Origin: Azolla caroliniana | Taxonomy: Eukaryota; Plantae; Polypodiophyta | Direction: 5' to 3' | Assembly (NCBI GenBank): GCA_043228905.1 | Contig: JBHGNT010000004.1 | Coordinates: 20,460,001 to 20,524,000, forward strand | Length of the DNA: 64,000 bases | In this document: piece by piece, positions 50,481-64,000 of the stretch | Layout of the letters: each line of letters opens with the position of its first letter | Position numbering within the stretch: the first letter of the stretch is position 1 | The notes under the pieces: generated by a model | Told to the model about the DNA's origin: nothing | What the model saw: only the letters and a program-made list of their open reading frames with translations | Databases searched by the model: none | Position numbers and translations under genes: made by a program

Positions 50481-52144
50481 ATTTGATAGTATTTCCCTCA
50501 CGTTTTGATGATTTTGAGATATTTATTGTATATTGAATCATTAAGCCCTTGGTGTATGTAATTCAATGCATTGGGGGTTGCACAAACCTTCATGTTTAGA
50601 GTTTGTGAAAAATCTGGAGGTGGACGAAATGCCACCATTGAATGAACAAAAGCCTTGATAGTTGTTCACCAATTATTTGAGGGAAATTTCAAAGGTGAAG
50701 GTAAATTTCAGAATTACTAATGTTCTGGTTCTCTTATTTCACAAAATATACCTACTAAACTTGAGCATCATTAAATCTTCTGTTGTCAACAAGCTACATA
50801 CATATGTCGTGTGTAATGGATTAATATGCAAATATTGTTGTTTAGTTATCACGACTCCTCAAAAGTTCCTAGTGGAAAGGAATCTCACAATTAAGAAGAG
50901 GGATGGGGGATTTAAATTTCACCATATAGAGACTATAATATAACATACATTCAATACTACACCTAGATAAAGAGGAGGGTTGAGCCTTGAAACCCTAATG
51001 ATTAACTAGCAACTCATGTCTTATTATAATTAAATTATTGTGTATTTTTTTATGACATGCAAAAAAAACATGTATTAAAACATGATTGATCACATGAAAA
51101 AATACATGATAAATGTCCAAAAGGTGAATAAATGGTTTTGTTGTATTCCATCACGCACATTAATGAATGAACAGTGATGATTTCTTTTCAAAATTAAGGA
51201 GGTCGGAAATTTGGCAAGATGCCATTGATTTGTTATACATATATTCTCAGGAATGCACATACATTTATTTATTTCATCCAGAAACACTAGGAATAAGAAG
51301 AATTAATAAACACATGTGCTATTAATTTAATGCACACTAAATTAATTAAAGTTCACATAGTACCAAACGCTAAAGTGTTGATATGGTAGTCCAAAACGAT
51401 TTAACATTCACTAAGCAACTTTTAATATGTAGCTTATGACAATTAATTAAGACCCAAACGCAAAATTGGATTGCTTTAGTGGCATTTTACTTAACCAATT
51501 CAATAATGGCTCATTGCTTGATTAATCAGTTTCATAGTGGATCATAGTTGAATTTGCCAATTATATTCTTAAACACATTAAAATTGATCGATTCTTTGAT
51601 GATTCACTACCTAATTATCTTGTTGATTAAAATCGAAATATATGTAGCTCTTCTACTTGAAGACAATTGTTTTTCATAACATTTTGTGGATTCATACATG
51701 ATACAATGAAACATAGGATGCATATATTACAGATTTCATATTGTGCTCATTTTTCTCCAACTAAGGAGAAATACAACTCATATGAATGATCTTCATAAAA
51801 GGGGTTCCCATAGTCTGTTCTTTTAAGACATTGAGATTGGCTAGGTCACAAATGTACATACTACTACATGGTGATGTGTTCAGAAATCCATTATACAAAT
51901 CTCTAGTGTGAGAGAGGGCATGAACCAAAGATATAAGATTGAGCATGCAAGACTAGATGAACGTGGATCATTTGGTAACATTGTCCAAGAAAGACTAGAA
52001 GGTCACAAGGTCAATTGTTGTGTTCCGCAATACTATCACATAAAGGAATGAGATCTTTAACCTTGGTGTACCAAGTTAATAAACAGCTGCAACTTACTAG
52101 TAAGCTATACGGAGAGAAAATGAGAGCAATGGTGCAATGGTCTG

Positions 52145-53893
52145 TTATAATTTTGACATAATATTGGTATTAGGGCTGAAGGAACCATGTTTCACTTCAG
52201 TGTGGACATCTATGGTTGGATTGCTCGGGGGTACGTCAACAGCGGGAGAGCAGTTGAAGAAACCATGAGGCTAATAACAGAAACATATGTCAGGACAATA
52301 GAATAAATAAAAATGAAGTTTAATTTACACTATGCTATACAAGATGACCTCAATCAATCACTTACCATTAAAGTGAATCCAATGTGCTCCACGGGCATCA
52401 CTGGCCAGTCTTCCAACCTAGGCACGTGAGTGAGTCCGAATATGTACCTTTTCACACAATGTGTTGAAATTTTTTTAGACCATGGAATTCCAATAGCATG
52501 CATGCTCATATGTGTATCAAGTGCCTGATGTTTTTATCATGCATTGATTTTAGAATGTATATGTTCTTCTTTTGTTTCTCCAAGTGCCATGGAGACAGTT
52601 GAGTAACTACTCTCATCCCAGCCAAACATGAGGAACATTTTATCCACATTTATATAGATAAACATGCATAGATATACATCTGTATATAGAACACAAAAGA
52701 TGGATGGGTGAATAGAAAAAGATGCACACATGTAGAAATTGCTTGATACTACTGTTTCCATCTCTAGGAGTTGGCCTAGTGGCTCAACAAGCCCTTGCCT
52801 AACAAAGCCAGAGATCACATGTTTAAGTCTCAACCCAGCTGTTCATTGCCACAAATGACAATGACAATCAATGGTGGGAAAGAGGAAACAAATGCATTCT
52901 TAATAGATAAAGAAAACCATGCTTTTTTCAAAGAAAATCTGGTTTACCATAAAACAATATCTGCCTCCTCTAGCTTTCTGTCCTGTTGTACATATGTGGG
53001 TAGGCCCTCCCCGATTCGTGGATTCTGGTTTGGGAATTCACCACCTGGGAATAGTTCGTTCTTGTCATATTGAGTTACCCATAGGTTATGCTTGAGGAAT
53101 GCAGCCCTTCTAAGGAACTTGGCTTCAGAACCTGCCAGAGGTAGGCAGTTCGAGCCTGGCATTAGCTTGAAGCCAGTTAACTGCCCTGTTCTATTTACAG
53201 TTCTTGTGTTCTGAACCTGGATATGGTATAAACTCTATTCAAGATATCAATATTTTACATACATGTATGGATGTGTGCATTTATGTAACATATGCATGCA
53301 TGTATGTTTCTTTTGTGGGTTTTCATTTTATATTAAGGCTTCCTAATAGTTATAACTTATATTAATGTATCACAAAAAAACAAGTTAGTATGTGTGTATT
53401 TATAAGTGATTACAAGGGTGTCTTACAATCCAATGTCGGGCCGCAAGTGGGTCGCAATCACGCATCGCTTTCAGTTCAGATTGCAAAAGTGTTGCTTCTG
53501 CATAGAATGCATTGTTATGGATGTTATCCGGACCTGGATCTTGAGTTTTCACATCTACCTCAATTACCTGGTTAAAACAATTAGCTGCCCACGATAAGAA
53601 CATCAAAAACAGAATCAGCCAGATATAGGGTCTACTTGTACAGAGTCATAGTTCTCTAGTTTTTTGTAGAGCCCAAAGAAAACAACCACACTTTGTGTAT
53701 CTGGGTTTTTTTTGTGTTACACTAATATCTATATTAAAAAGAGCATGAAAAAGAAATGAAATGTCTTTCTCTGGCTATTGGCATCAATGTCATAAAGTAG
53801 AGAATCCAAGTTTGATTTGATCCGCCACCATGCGCTCATCCCCATAGACCATATCAGCCTCCCATGGACACTAATCATCTCTGTCTGTCTGTC

Positions 53894-53925
<32 letters not shown>

Positions 53926-56900
53926 TGTATGTATATAATACTTTCTCACCTGGTTGCAGGCCTCTCCAGGCTTGCTGTCCACAGCCATATTGAGACGGGC
54001 AACAAAGAAGTGCTGATGCACCGGAGCATACAAGCCTGGAGCTATAACTGTTCCATGTTTCCTTATTTCACCCGGACGTAGGGCACCTAAACTTAGAATG
54101 CCGGTTAATTTTACTTCGGCTTCTATCTTTCCATCCTATCATCAGCACAATCATATGAGGTTAGTAAAACATGCCATCCCTAGGGTTGAACCAATTGAGT
54201 GTTATGACAGACACAAAAAAGCTAGGGTTTTAGATCAATGGGCATCAACCATAGAACACGCAACTACCTAGGTTTAGGCAGATTTAGCATGCATTTAATA
54301 GCGTACCAAAAATACCTGATAAAAGTGCCAGAAGAAACCATACTCATAGTTGGCTACTGTGCAAAAGAAGGATGCTGAGAGGCGTCGAGACCGCCTTACT
54401 TCTGAAAGCTCTGTTCGCCAATCTTGGTGCTTCCAAAGTATCCCAAAATCCTCTTCATGCAAACACACACAATTTTCGAGGGTTTCTACTCCACCCATGA
54501 AATTTGTGAAATGGGCATCAAAATATTTGATGTATCCAAGACAATCACATCCCTGTAATATAATCTCACTCAGGTATATATATCTACACTTATGAGATGA
54601 AAGATTCTTCATAATGTGAGAGAACTGACCCTCTTCAGGGAGTGAGCATTTTTGCCCAGCCCATCCTCTCCGGCATCAAAGGCATTCTTTCTATAATGTG
54701 GCTCTTGTGGATCTCCATAGGGAACTACCATCTCCACAAAGCTCAATCTATGAGCCACATACCTCCTTCCTCTGCTGCCATCATCATAAGCCACAGAGTG
54801 GATCACAAGACCTTCTCGCGGCGTAAATCCTATTCGAAAATTCCACTGCATATAATACAAGTAGGAAGATATTAAGGAGTGTGTTTTGAATCCAAATCCA
54901 AATGAGCAAGAAATATCAAACCAGAATGACAAAAGAAAAGCCTTGAGAATTCGACTAGATGTACATCAAAAGTGAAATATGGAATCCAAATAAAAAAGAA
55001 TTCTTTAAAACAGATGGGTTTTACACCAGTAATTGTTTTATTGAGTCTGAATAAAAAAGAGTAATCCCTGGAAAGTAACATAAGTTCTTTTGTGTTTGAA
55101 AGTTAATGATTCACCTTCTGCCATTCCACAGCATAGCCATTCACTCTGAAGCTAGGTCCTTCGGGTTGGATGATTTGAAGGGGCTTCAAGTCCATTCGGT
55201 CTACTCCTCCCCGTGTTTTGGCTGCTGTGTAGTTGCGGAGGGGATCCGGGGGTGGGAGTGGAATAAGTTTTCGATCTTCGAATTCAATCACTTTCATGTT
55301 TTGCATATCAACTACCACATGTATACCCTCCACGGGTCGAGCATACCCATTTTCCATAGGGCATTCGCTTTCAGTCCGACAAAATACTAGTGGCTTAGCT
55401 AACCTTCTCTTGGGGGAATCATCTTCACTATAGTAGCCCACACACCTATAAAATAAACATAGGTTTTGGAAGCAGCATGGTCATTTTAATATTTTATTTT
55501 GCTGTTCTCAAAGACGAGACATCACTTAAAAGATGTATAGGCCATGTTGGTCTCTTAAAAGAAGTTAATGTATCTTTTTTCTTTCTTCCTCTCTCTATGC
55601 ACACAGATACTAATAATATTAAGTATGTTTGCTTTATAAATTACCATGGATCCACCATCACTAATTCCATGTCTTCGATCCCCCTCTTCTTCATGGCCTC
55701 TCGAAAAGGACCGAATGCTTTCACCGTGGCTTCACACTCAGCATACTCAACTGCATCCTGTGGCATGAAAAAAAACCTGATTTTAATATGTCCATAGCAG
55801 AATGGATTCCATTTTGAAGATTTACTATACGTACGCAAGCTCATAACATCAGGTATCAACAAAGTACTAAATAAATAGAAATATGGATCATGTAGTGACT
55901 AAGTAGATACTTGCCATGGGGGGTTGAACATCAGGGATGAGTTGTGATGATAGGACCCGTCCTCGATGATGCCCTCCTCGGGGCGCTGCATGCACTTCAT
56001 TAAGTTCGACCATCCAAATGCTGGTTTCATTGGTGTTCTTGTTATATACAATGATCCTGGCTTGCCTGGGTGGAAGCTGTCTTGGAATGATTGGCCCTCC
56101 CTTGGCCTTCGGTAGAATTGAGGGTTGGAATGGTGGGAAGAAATAGGCATCAGCAAGCGCTACAACATGCTTCTCGGGTTCATTCAATACAATCTCTATG
56201 AACCTCATGCCATCTCTCACCTGAACACACAAATACACACACACACACACACACAAAGCATATTGTCAACTCAAGAGATGAACGTGAAAGCCAAATTGAG
56301 CACCATAGAAAATAGAATCATATAATAACTGGATCCATAAGGGTAAATTTTCAAAATGCTCAATGGTAAAGCAATCTAATATCATGATGATCCATGTAAG
56401 ACCACAACATCCTATATGCATGAATTGTCCTTTTGCATTATCTAAGAGAACCCAATGATCCATATGCATCAGCATTGGGGTTAGTGATTTTCTTTCAAGC
56501 CAGAATCCTCGCTTACTTCAGGAGTGGCACCAGCAGCTCTGACTGTGGCAATAGCTACAACTATCTCTGCAGGGCTCAGGGGGTCCAGCGGATGACAGGA
56601 ATGGGCTCTCAGCAACACTCCTGGTACAATGAAAAATAACAATGATAGAAAGACACATTAATACACGAGGGAAAGAAACAAATAGAAAAACCCTTAATGC
56701 ATGATGAGCAGAGAAATGAATAGAAACCCATGATGGAAAATTAAAAAAACCTTAATAGACAAGGAAAGAATAATTAAGAAATATATTTATTGATACATGA
56801 GTTGGGGAAGAAACTAATCAAACACATGAGCCAGGACAAAACATAACAGAAAAATAAAAATAAGATCCTGCATAAATTCATAAACATAACAACAAGGGCA

Positions 56901-57177
56901 TTACAATAGCCACTTTACCTTTCTTTGTTTTTGTTGCTGGAGGTAAGGAAGGAGTAGTGGTGGTGGTGATATAGGAGGAAGAGTGGTCAATGGAGGGGTG
57001 TGGTTGTGGCTCATTAATCATTTCTTGGTCTGTTGAAGTTAGATCACCAACTGCCCATTGAGCAGAGATGATCCCAACAGCTTCATTTCTCTTCACAAGA
57101 TTTGCACTACTACTTGTTGCAGTGGGGGTACTAGCTTCAATTCTGCCACAACATCCTTCAAGCTCTTTTTTGGCCAT
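52145..57177 (-). CDS. Copper-containing amine oxidase, peroxisomal (CuAO-zeta-like), 12 exons
   Basis: Exons 57177-56919, 56620-56517, 56220-55915, 55757-55645, 55445-55115, 54845-54630, 54552-54316, 54135-53950, 53567-53427, 53216-52948, 52447-52366 and 52270-52145 join in frame. Motifs: [21 protein letters not shown] (TPQ site), [15 protein letters not shown]; ends SKL* (PTS1). Confidence 0.96.
55758..55914 (-). other. GC-AG intron
   Basis: ATG|GCAAGT...CAG|GAT is needed to join QPPM to DAVEYAECE in frame. Confidence 0.85.
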
Positions 57178-57224
57178 AATAATAGCTCCAAGTTTAGGCA
57201 AATCAATTGATCGCTATATACATA

Positions 57225-57242
57225 TACCTATGTATATGTATG

Positions 57243-57282
<40 letters not shown>

Positions 57283-57701
57283 TAGAGATGAACCTAGGAC
57301 TTGAAACCTAAGAAGAATCAAAGGAGAAGAGAGCTCCTGTGTGTGTTTGTAGGTATGTATGTAACCTTCTGTTCCTCTATTTTACTACTATATATATATA
57401 TATTAATCTATCTATTTTAGACACATTGGGTTTTTCATTGTAAGATTATAGATATGTATACAAAAAAGGAGCTGTCACTGACAACCCATGGACCCCCCCC
57501 CCCCCCCCAACCCCCAGTCAAGAGAGAGAGAGAGAGAGAGAGAAGGGGGTGTAGAGATATGGTGTGTCCTAATCAACAACAGTTTAAATGTAGTAGTTTG
57601 AAAGAGAGGAAGACCCCACACACACACACATAGAGAGAGAGAGAGAGAGAGATTACATGTAATAGGTGACAACTCAGGTAGATCAATTGGTCATGGCAGA
57701 G

Positions 57702-57735
<34 letters not shown>

Positions 57736-57870
57736 AGAGAGAGAAAGAGAGAGACAGACAACTCATGTATGTAGATCAATCAGTCATGGGAGAAAGAGTC
57801 CCATGACTGTGTGTATGTATGTATACAGATATGCATGCATGTATGTATGTATGTATGTATGTATGTATGT
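57225..57870. repeat. Microsatellite-dense 5'/promoter region of the amine oxidase: (AT)n, (AG)n, (AC/GT)n, (ATGT)n, poly-C
   Basis: Direct reading. Confidence 0.9.
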
Positions 57871-58342
57871 ATTATTACATATTTCATTTTGTTTTTTGTT
57901 TTCTACTATTTTTGCTTTTATAATGTGTATCTTTTTTTTTTTGTTTGAATGAATGGGATTTTGTGTGGTGGCAGCATGTGCCACACCTTCCCCTCACCAC
58001 ACATTTACACATAAAAAAAAAACTTCAAAACTTCAAACTTGTGTGGTCCCCAACACATGCATCATCCACCTTCCTCGTGCAATAAATAAAATAAGCAGCA
58101 CCTTATGTCCTCCTCCTCTATATGTATTCTCTATACACTACTAATCTCTATGTATACACCATAGTACGTAAAATTCGTGTTCGTCTAGCATAACATTCGT
58201 TTTTCTACGTTGGAAAATGAATGCGAATGTTATTCAAACATTCTTGCGTTTTTTTATTTTTTGTTTTTTTCCCCTTTTTAAGTTGTTTTTTTTATTTTTT
58301 ATTTCCTTTTTTTAGGTTTATTTACCTCATAATAAATAGTTA

Positions 58343-61300
58343 CAATAACCATTCGGTTAAGTACGTGTCCAATTAAGTTCACCATTCTATTAAATACGCT
58401 TTTTTTATAGATGTCAAAATCCTGTTCAAAAAACTTACATTGTTTTGCAGAAAAATACATTCAACCAAATTGAAACTATGTTCCAATCATTCAAAAAACA
58501 ACAAAATCATTAATACCCAAATCATGTAAGGTCATGTGCATACTTTTAAGATTGATTAGAACAATCGCAAAAAATCAACAAAAATGAGATTTCTAAGCCT
58601 TTCGCTATTTCATACCAAAATCATGTAGGGTCATTTGCTTACTTTTAGTGATACGCTTCGAAACAATAGCAGAATTTGCTTCTTGAATAATTCTACGAGC
58701 ACTCGATAAAGCTAATTTCACTTTGTTTGTTTTCTCAAAACTTAGATAAGTTGTTGTCATTATCGAGTTCACCCTGAGTTCGATATCAACAATATTTTGC
58801 AATACTTTAGGAATAATCACATCGTCTTCCTTTAAGCATCCATGCATATCTTGCATCTCAATAAACTCAGAATCTGAATTGTTTTCATCATCTACAAGTG
58901 GTTCATTAGTGTTGGATGCTTGCGCTATAACTTCATCAATCTCTTCAAGGAGATTTTGATTAAGTTTTTCTTATTCATTTGCATCTGCATTGACACATTC
59001 CATGATTTCCTCTCGAATTTCTTCTACAATATGTGCATTTTCAAGCAAACTGTAGTTACATAACAAAGCAACAAGATCATCAAGACATTGATCTTCCATT
59101 TCAACAACTTCAACATCATTAATACGGAATGATGGAATAATACCTGCCTTTCTATAGCAATTAAAAAGTGTCTCTTGCGTGATCTCATTCCAAGCAATAA
59201 CAATGAGATTGGTAGCATCTAGCAAATGTGCAGAATTTCCAAAAGCTAAACCAGCAGAACCTCTTCGCATTCGTTTAACTACATTCTTCAAACGAATCTT
59301 AACATTTTCTGGACTATCATGATATGTCAAAACTTCTCTTATCAAATGATATTTGTACCTCTTTTTCAAAGCTGCAATAACTCCCATATCCATTGGTTGT
59401 TTCCATGATGTGACATTTGATGGGAAAAAAATCACTTTGATAGCATCACGCTCAAATGCTTCGGCATGTCCAGGAGCATTATCAAGGATTAGAAGCACTT
59501 TGCGATTAGTTCGAGAACGAACAAAAGGTACAAACACATGATCAAACCACTTATTAAACATAGAGATATCAATCCAAGCATTTTTTTGTGCTAAATAAGG
59601 TAATGGCCAAGAATTTCCAACGATACAAGAAGGTTCCTTAGCCTTTCCAATCAATGTAATAGGAACTTTTTCAGTTCTAGTTGCATTACAACAAACAACT
59701 AAGGTAACTCTATCTAGCAATTTTTTCTTACCCCGAATTGTTGTAGGATTTTCACTAGGCAAAAGCATTGTGTATCTCGGAACTAATCGAAAAAACAAGC
59801 CTGTTTCATCCATATTGTAAACACAATGAGGATCATACTCGTTAACTATAACATAGAGCCTTTCCAAAGAAGCCAACAATTGAGGGTAATTTTGATCAAC
59901 TGCCCCTCCTTCGCCATACAAACTAATAGTATTCAAACACTGGCGATGACGAAATTTCCTAAACCAACCCCAAGTTGCTTTGAAATCATCATCTCAAATA
60001 TTCATTTGTGTAGCCAGTCGTCGAGCCTTTTCCATAATAACTGACGAAGGCAATGCAATCGACAATCTACGAGATGCATCAATCCAGGCATACAAGCGTT
60101 CCTCTAATTCTGGATATTTCCCTTTAGATCCCCGAAAAGTTGTTTTCCTTGTATTATAATCTTTTAATTGGACGCGCATTCATACCTCATCCTTCTTCTT
60201 GATCAAACTTCTAATTGCACATTCACTCACACCAATTTTTCTACCAATTTTGCAAAGAGAAGGAGCTGATGGTTATTCCACTATCTCCAAAATTTGTAGC
60301 CTTTGTTCATCATTCAAACGAGGTCCAACACCTCGCTTGCAGGTTGAATTCATCTCTATAATAAAGCTAATTAGCTAATTTCACATTGACTTATCTATTG
60401 TTTTTTAATTCCCCCAAACCCTCAAACTAAGAAACCCAATATTTGTGAACCTAATCGACATATGGACTCTAATTCAACCATAAAAACTAGACAATAACAT
60501 CACATACTCTTTTATGATTAATCATTTTCAAATTCCCTAGATATTCGGCCTAAGAAACCCATATTTATGAACTTAATCACCATATAGAGTTCAATTCAGC
60601 AATAAAAGCAAGACAAATACATCACATACTCTTCCACAGTCAATAATTTTCGGATTCCCTTAACCCTCGGACTAAGAAACCCATAATTTGTGAACCTAAT
60701 CAACATATGGAGTCTAATTCAGCCATAAAAACAAGACAAATACATCACATACTCTTTCACATTCAATAATTTTCAAATTCCCTTAACCCTCAGATTAAGA
60801 AACCTATAATTTAGGAACCTAATCGATATATGAACTCTAATTCAGCCATAAAAACAAGACCAATACACCATATACTCTTCCACAGTCAATAATTTTTGAA
60901 TTCCCTAAACTCACGGACTAAGACACCCATAATTTGTAAACCTAATTGATATATGGACTCTAATTCGTCCATAAAAACCAATCGAATACATCACAAACTC
61001 TTCTACAATCAATTATTTTTCATTTCCCTAAACCTCAATCTAAGAAACCTATAATTTATGAACCTAATCACCATATGGACTCCAATTCAACAATTAAAAC
61101 AAGACAAATACATCGTTTACTCTTCCATAGTCAATAATTTTTGAATTCCCTAAACCCTTGATCTAAGGAACCCACAATTTATGAACTTAATCACTGTATG
61201 AAATCTGATTAAGCAATAAAAACAAGACACATGCATCACATACTCTTCCATAACCAATAATTTTTGAGTTCCCTAAACCCTCGGTCTTAGGAAACCTAGA

Positions 61301-61583
61301 AATGCATAGAAAATCTACGTACTCGGAGAAGACGATAGGAGCACAAATAGTGTGTTGAGAAGAGATAAGGTGAGGGAATAGTATTCTATCCAGCTGCGTG
61401 TGATCAATTAAGAAGCAAACAAGGTTTGATCGGTGGCTGTTGGGGCTACGCTCTCTAAAATGTGTAGACAAAACAAAATTTGGGGAAATTTTTTTTGTGT
61501 GTAAAAAGCCCTAAGTACGCGGCTCGGTTAAGTACGCACTTCTTCCTTGTGTTCAAAGTGCGTACTTAACCTAATGGTTACTA
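58343..61583 (-). mobile_element. pogo-like (Tc1/mariner; CENP-B HTH + DDE_1) DNA transposon, decayed
   Basis: TIRs CAATAACCATTCGGTTAAGTACG and CGTACTTAACCTAATGGTTACTA (inferred consensus CAGTAACC...) with TA on both sides. Transposase ~60353-58605: KYPELEERLYAW, YNMDETGLFF, LLILDNAPGH, QPMDMGVI; with stops and frameshifts. Confidence 0.92.
60409..61295. repeat. ~123-bp tandem array (~7 copies) upstream of the pogo transposase
   Basis: Units begin ttccc(t/c)...aagaaaccc at ~60409, 60533, 60655, 60778, 60901, 61024, 61146 and 61269. Confidence 0.92.
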
Positions 61584-61814
61584 TAATCCAAAAGTATGGT
61601 ATTTACCATTCTTCAAGGGTGTTAACCATACTCGAATGATTGAAAGATTCACGAATGCGAATGCACATATGGTACCTATATGGTATACACTTCTATGCCT
61701 CTTGTTGGAACCTCCATCTTTGACTCTTAAGTCCATACTACTCGTTTCTTTCATAACCATCATGTCTCTTACATCCAACAAGGTCAAGTTCACACATTGT
61801 TCGGAAACACATGT

Positions 61815-62720
61815 CAACTTGTAAGTTCATCATGTAGGTGATGTGATGTATATAACATTCAGACCTAGGTGTTGAGTGGTAGGGGTAGTTGGCATTGTTG
61901 TAGAATTCCATCTAGAGACATATCTTATGAAGAGTGTTGATAGTGTGCAATATGGGTGGCAAACGTTGTCATAAAGATTTTCGCCAACGGTGTGAAAATT
62001 GAATGGAAGGTACAAAATCGAGTCTAGTTCTTCACATACAACATAAAACAATAATAATGAAGATACTATTTTATACTAGTTTAATATCTTAGTACAAAAA
62101 GATGGAGGTCTTCAAGAGCTTTCGAATACACTTTGCCACATAAGAAACGGACAACTAAGTGGCAAGTTATGTGGGTATGTAGTTTGCGAAGAAGAGAAAA
62201 AACAAAACTACGAGAAAAGAGCTTGAATGAGTGACATGGTTATCATGTAACACATGTAATACATGAGCGCCAAATGGCAAACATGCATCTCATGCATGTC
62301 TTGCACCCTCACAAGCATCATGTGCATGGGGGCATCTATAAAAGAGTGGATGGAGAGGAAAAACGAGCTAGGTATTAATCAAGAAATTAAGAGGAAGAAA
62401 ATTCGTTATCCCATTTTTGTGATGTATTAATCTTGTCTCTCAAATCTAAAGTCAAGCGTTCTATCTTATCTCAATCTCTCTCTCTTTCAATCTATCTTAA
62501 ATACTTTCTCGCTAAAGTTAGTGCAAACTTCGAATTCTTCCGGACCAGAACCCCGGCGGTTCCGCCTCACGATCCACACATAGTGACGGATCTTCACGAT
62601 AACGTTGATTTGTAAGTTCATCATGTAGGTGATGTATATAGCATTCAGACCTAGGTGCAGAGTGGTGGTGGTACTTGGCATTTTTGTAGTATTCCATCTA
62701 GAGACAAATCTTATAATACG
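61815..62720. repeat. ~110-bp direct repeat pair (~61818-61930, ~62610-62718), probable TE relic
   Basis: ttgtaagttcatcatgtaggtgatgt...cattcagacctaggtg...ttccatctagagaca occurs twice. Confidence 0.75.
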
Positions 62721-63093
62721 TTCGCGTTCACAAGTGGAAGGATCGCGCATTCCACTTGTAGAATCTTCTTGAAAATATCCAAATATACCCTCTCTACAAA
62801 AATTGGATGCACTAGTATCACATGTTCCACAATTTAATTAGAATTTGCAAATATAAAAATACATGATAGGTCTACGAGTGGAGATCATTAGAAATTCAAA
62901 TAAGTTTGGATGTGTTGATAAGTTAATGTAGGCATAATAAAGTTCAACAATGGCTCAATATCTCAATAATATGTGACATGGGAAACACTAAGTTAAAGAC
63001 TTATATTAATCTGGTAAGTTTTACAAAAATATGAGGTGTACTTGTAACCATACTAATAAAATGAGTTATAATTTATACTTTGACCCATACTCG

Positions 63094-63370
63094 CATGTAT
63101 ATAATTGTGGACAATGTAGGATAGTGCCCTTTAGGATAATGTGATTGGAATAACTAACTTATTAAGGTATTTAATACTTGTATTTAAAGTTGATCTAATA
63201 TATTCCTCAGTTTGTTCGTATGGGATCAAGCCATATGTATATAATTGTGGACAATGTAAGACAGTGAACTTTAGGATAATGTGGTGGAAATAACAAACCT
63301 ATTAAGGCTTTCATACTTGTATTTAAAATTGATCTAATCTATTCCTTAGGTGATTCACACGAGATCAAAC
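63094..63370. repeat. ~140-bp tandem duplication
   Basis: atgtatataattgtggacaatgta...tttaggataatgtg...ttgatctaat occurs twice. Confidence 0.85.
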
Positions 63371-63795
63371 TCCGAATGATAACGCTAGTGGAACTACAAG
63401 CGTATAAAAACATGCAGATAATGCTAGTGGAACCATTATCAACACACTACACAATCTAAGCAACAATGGAAGAGAAACATAATAGTTTTAACAATAGAAG
63501 ACAAAGATCCATAATAACAACATGGACAATCATGGCAACAATTCTACGACCATGTTATGTTAAGGTAAAGTTTGACCAAAATCAGCCTTAATTTAAACTA
63601 ATTCATGTTTCTCCATATTGGTAGTCAGCAATGCACGTGGTGAAACCAATGTCATAAGTTTACTAACCAAGTATATAGAAATAAAATTGAAACATATAGA
63701 AGATTATAAAGAATAGAATCCACCAAGTAAAACCCAAAATTTGTATTAATAATGTGAATTCCAAACAATACATTTCACGTTTTTAAAAGAGTCTA

Positions 63796-64000
63796 TTACA
63801 TAGCAAGCAAATCGTCAATGCCATTTTCTTCTTCATCCTGTATAGAAGTCTCTTCGGCTATACGTGCATTGTCTTTCCCGGTTAGCCGAGCCAACGAAAT
63901 ATCTTATATAAGCTCATCATCAAGCTCTATTAGCTCCCGTGGTTCCCCGGCTAACGAAGGAATAGGCTCTCGCGAAGCAAGTTGAAACCTTTCGGTATCA
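63796..64000 (-). pseudogene. Acidic C-terminus of an ORF running off the window (possibly a transposase)
   Basis: DTERFQLASREPIPSLAGEPRELIELDDELI*DISLARL...DEEENGIDDLLAM*; identity not determinable here. Confidence 0.3.

Noticed and set aside
60409-61295. Repeat array as CRISPR-like
   Set aside because: Whole units are repeated with no unique spacers, and the context is a eukaryotic transposon.

Overview
Eukaryotic land-plant nuclear DNA, probably a fern (inferred from gene and TE style, not established). It holds three host genes: the 3' end of a Q/G/Y/S/P-rich protein gene (1-1027, +), a 12-exon CLPTM1-family gene (34602-43992, +) with a U12-type intron, and a 12-exon peroxisomal copper amine oxidase (57177-52145, -) with a GC-AG intron and C-terminal SKL. 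Between the first two genes is a ~31 kb retroelement nest. An L1 fragment is split by Copia A (TSD ATCCT), Copia A by Copia B (TSD GTTGC) and a solo LTR (TSD ACGG), and Copia B by a GC-rich Gypsy. A second, AT-richer Gypsy of the same lineage sits in an older Gypsy relic. The most notable signal is this tRNA-Trp-primed Gypsy lineage. Its two divergent members share a G_GAU_UUU-stop candidate -1 frameshift site placed after the protease, a downstream GTGGGG/CCCCAC stem and a conserved pre-PPT motif. The lineage also shows a DHG protease motif (seen in one copy) and 4-bp CG-centred target sites. Also present are a (CT/AG)n-associated LINE, a pogo-like transposon with ~123-bp subterminal repeats and a PIP box, Copia relics in the CLPTM1 intron, and a PPR pseudogene fragment. 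All coordinates were read by eye.
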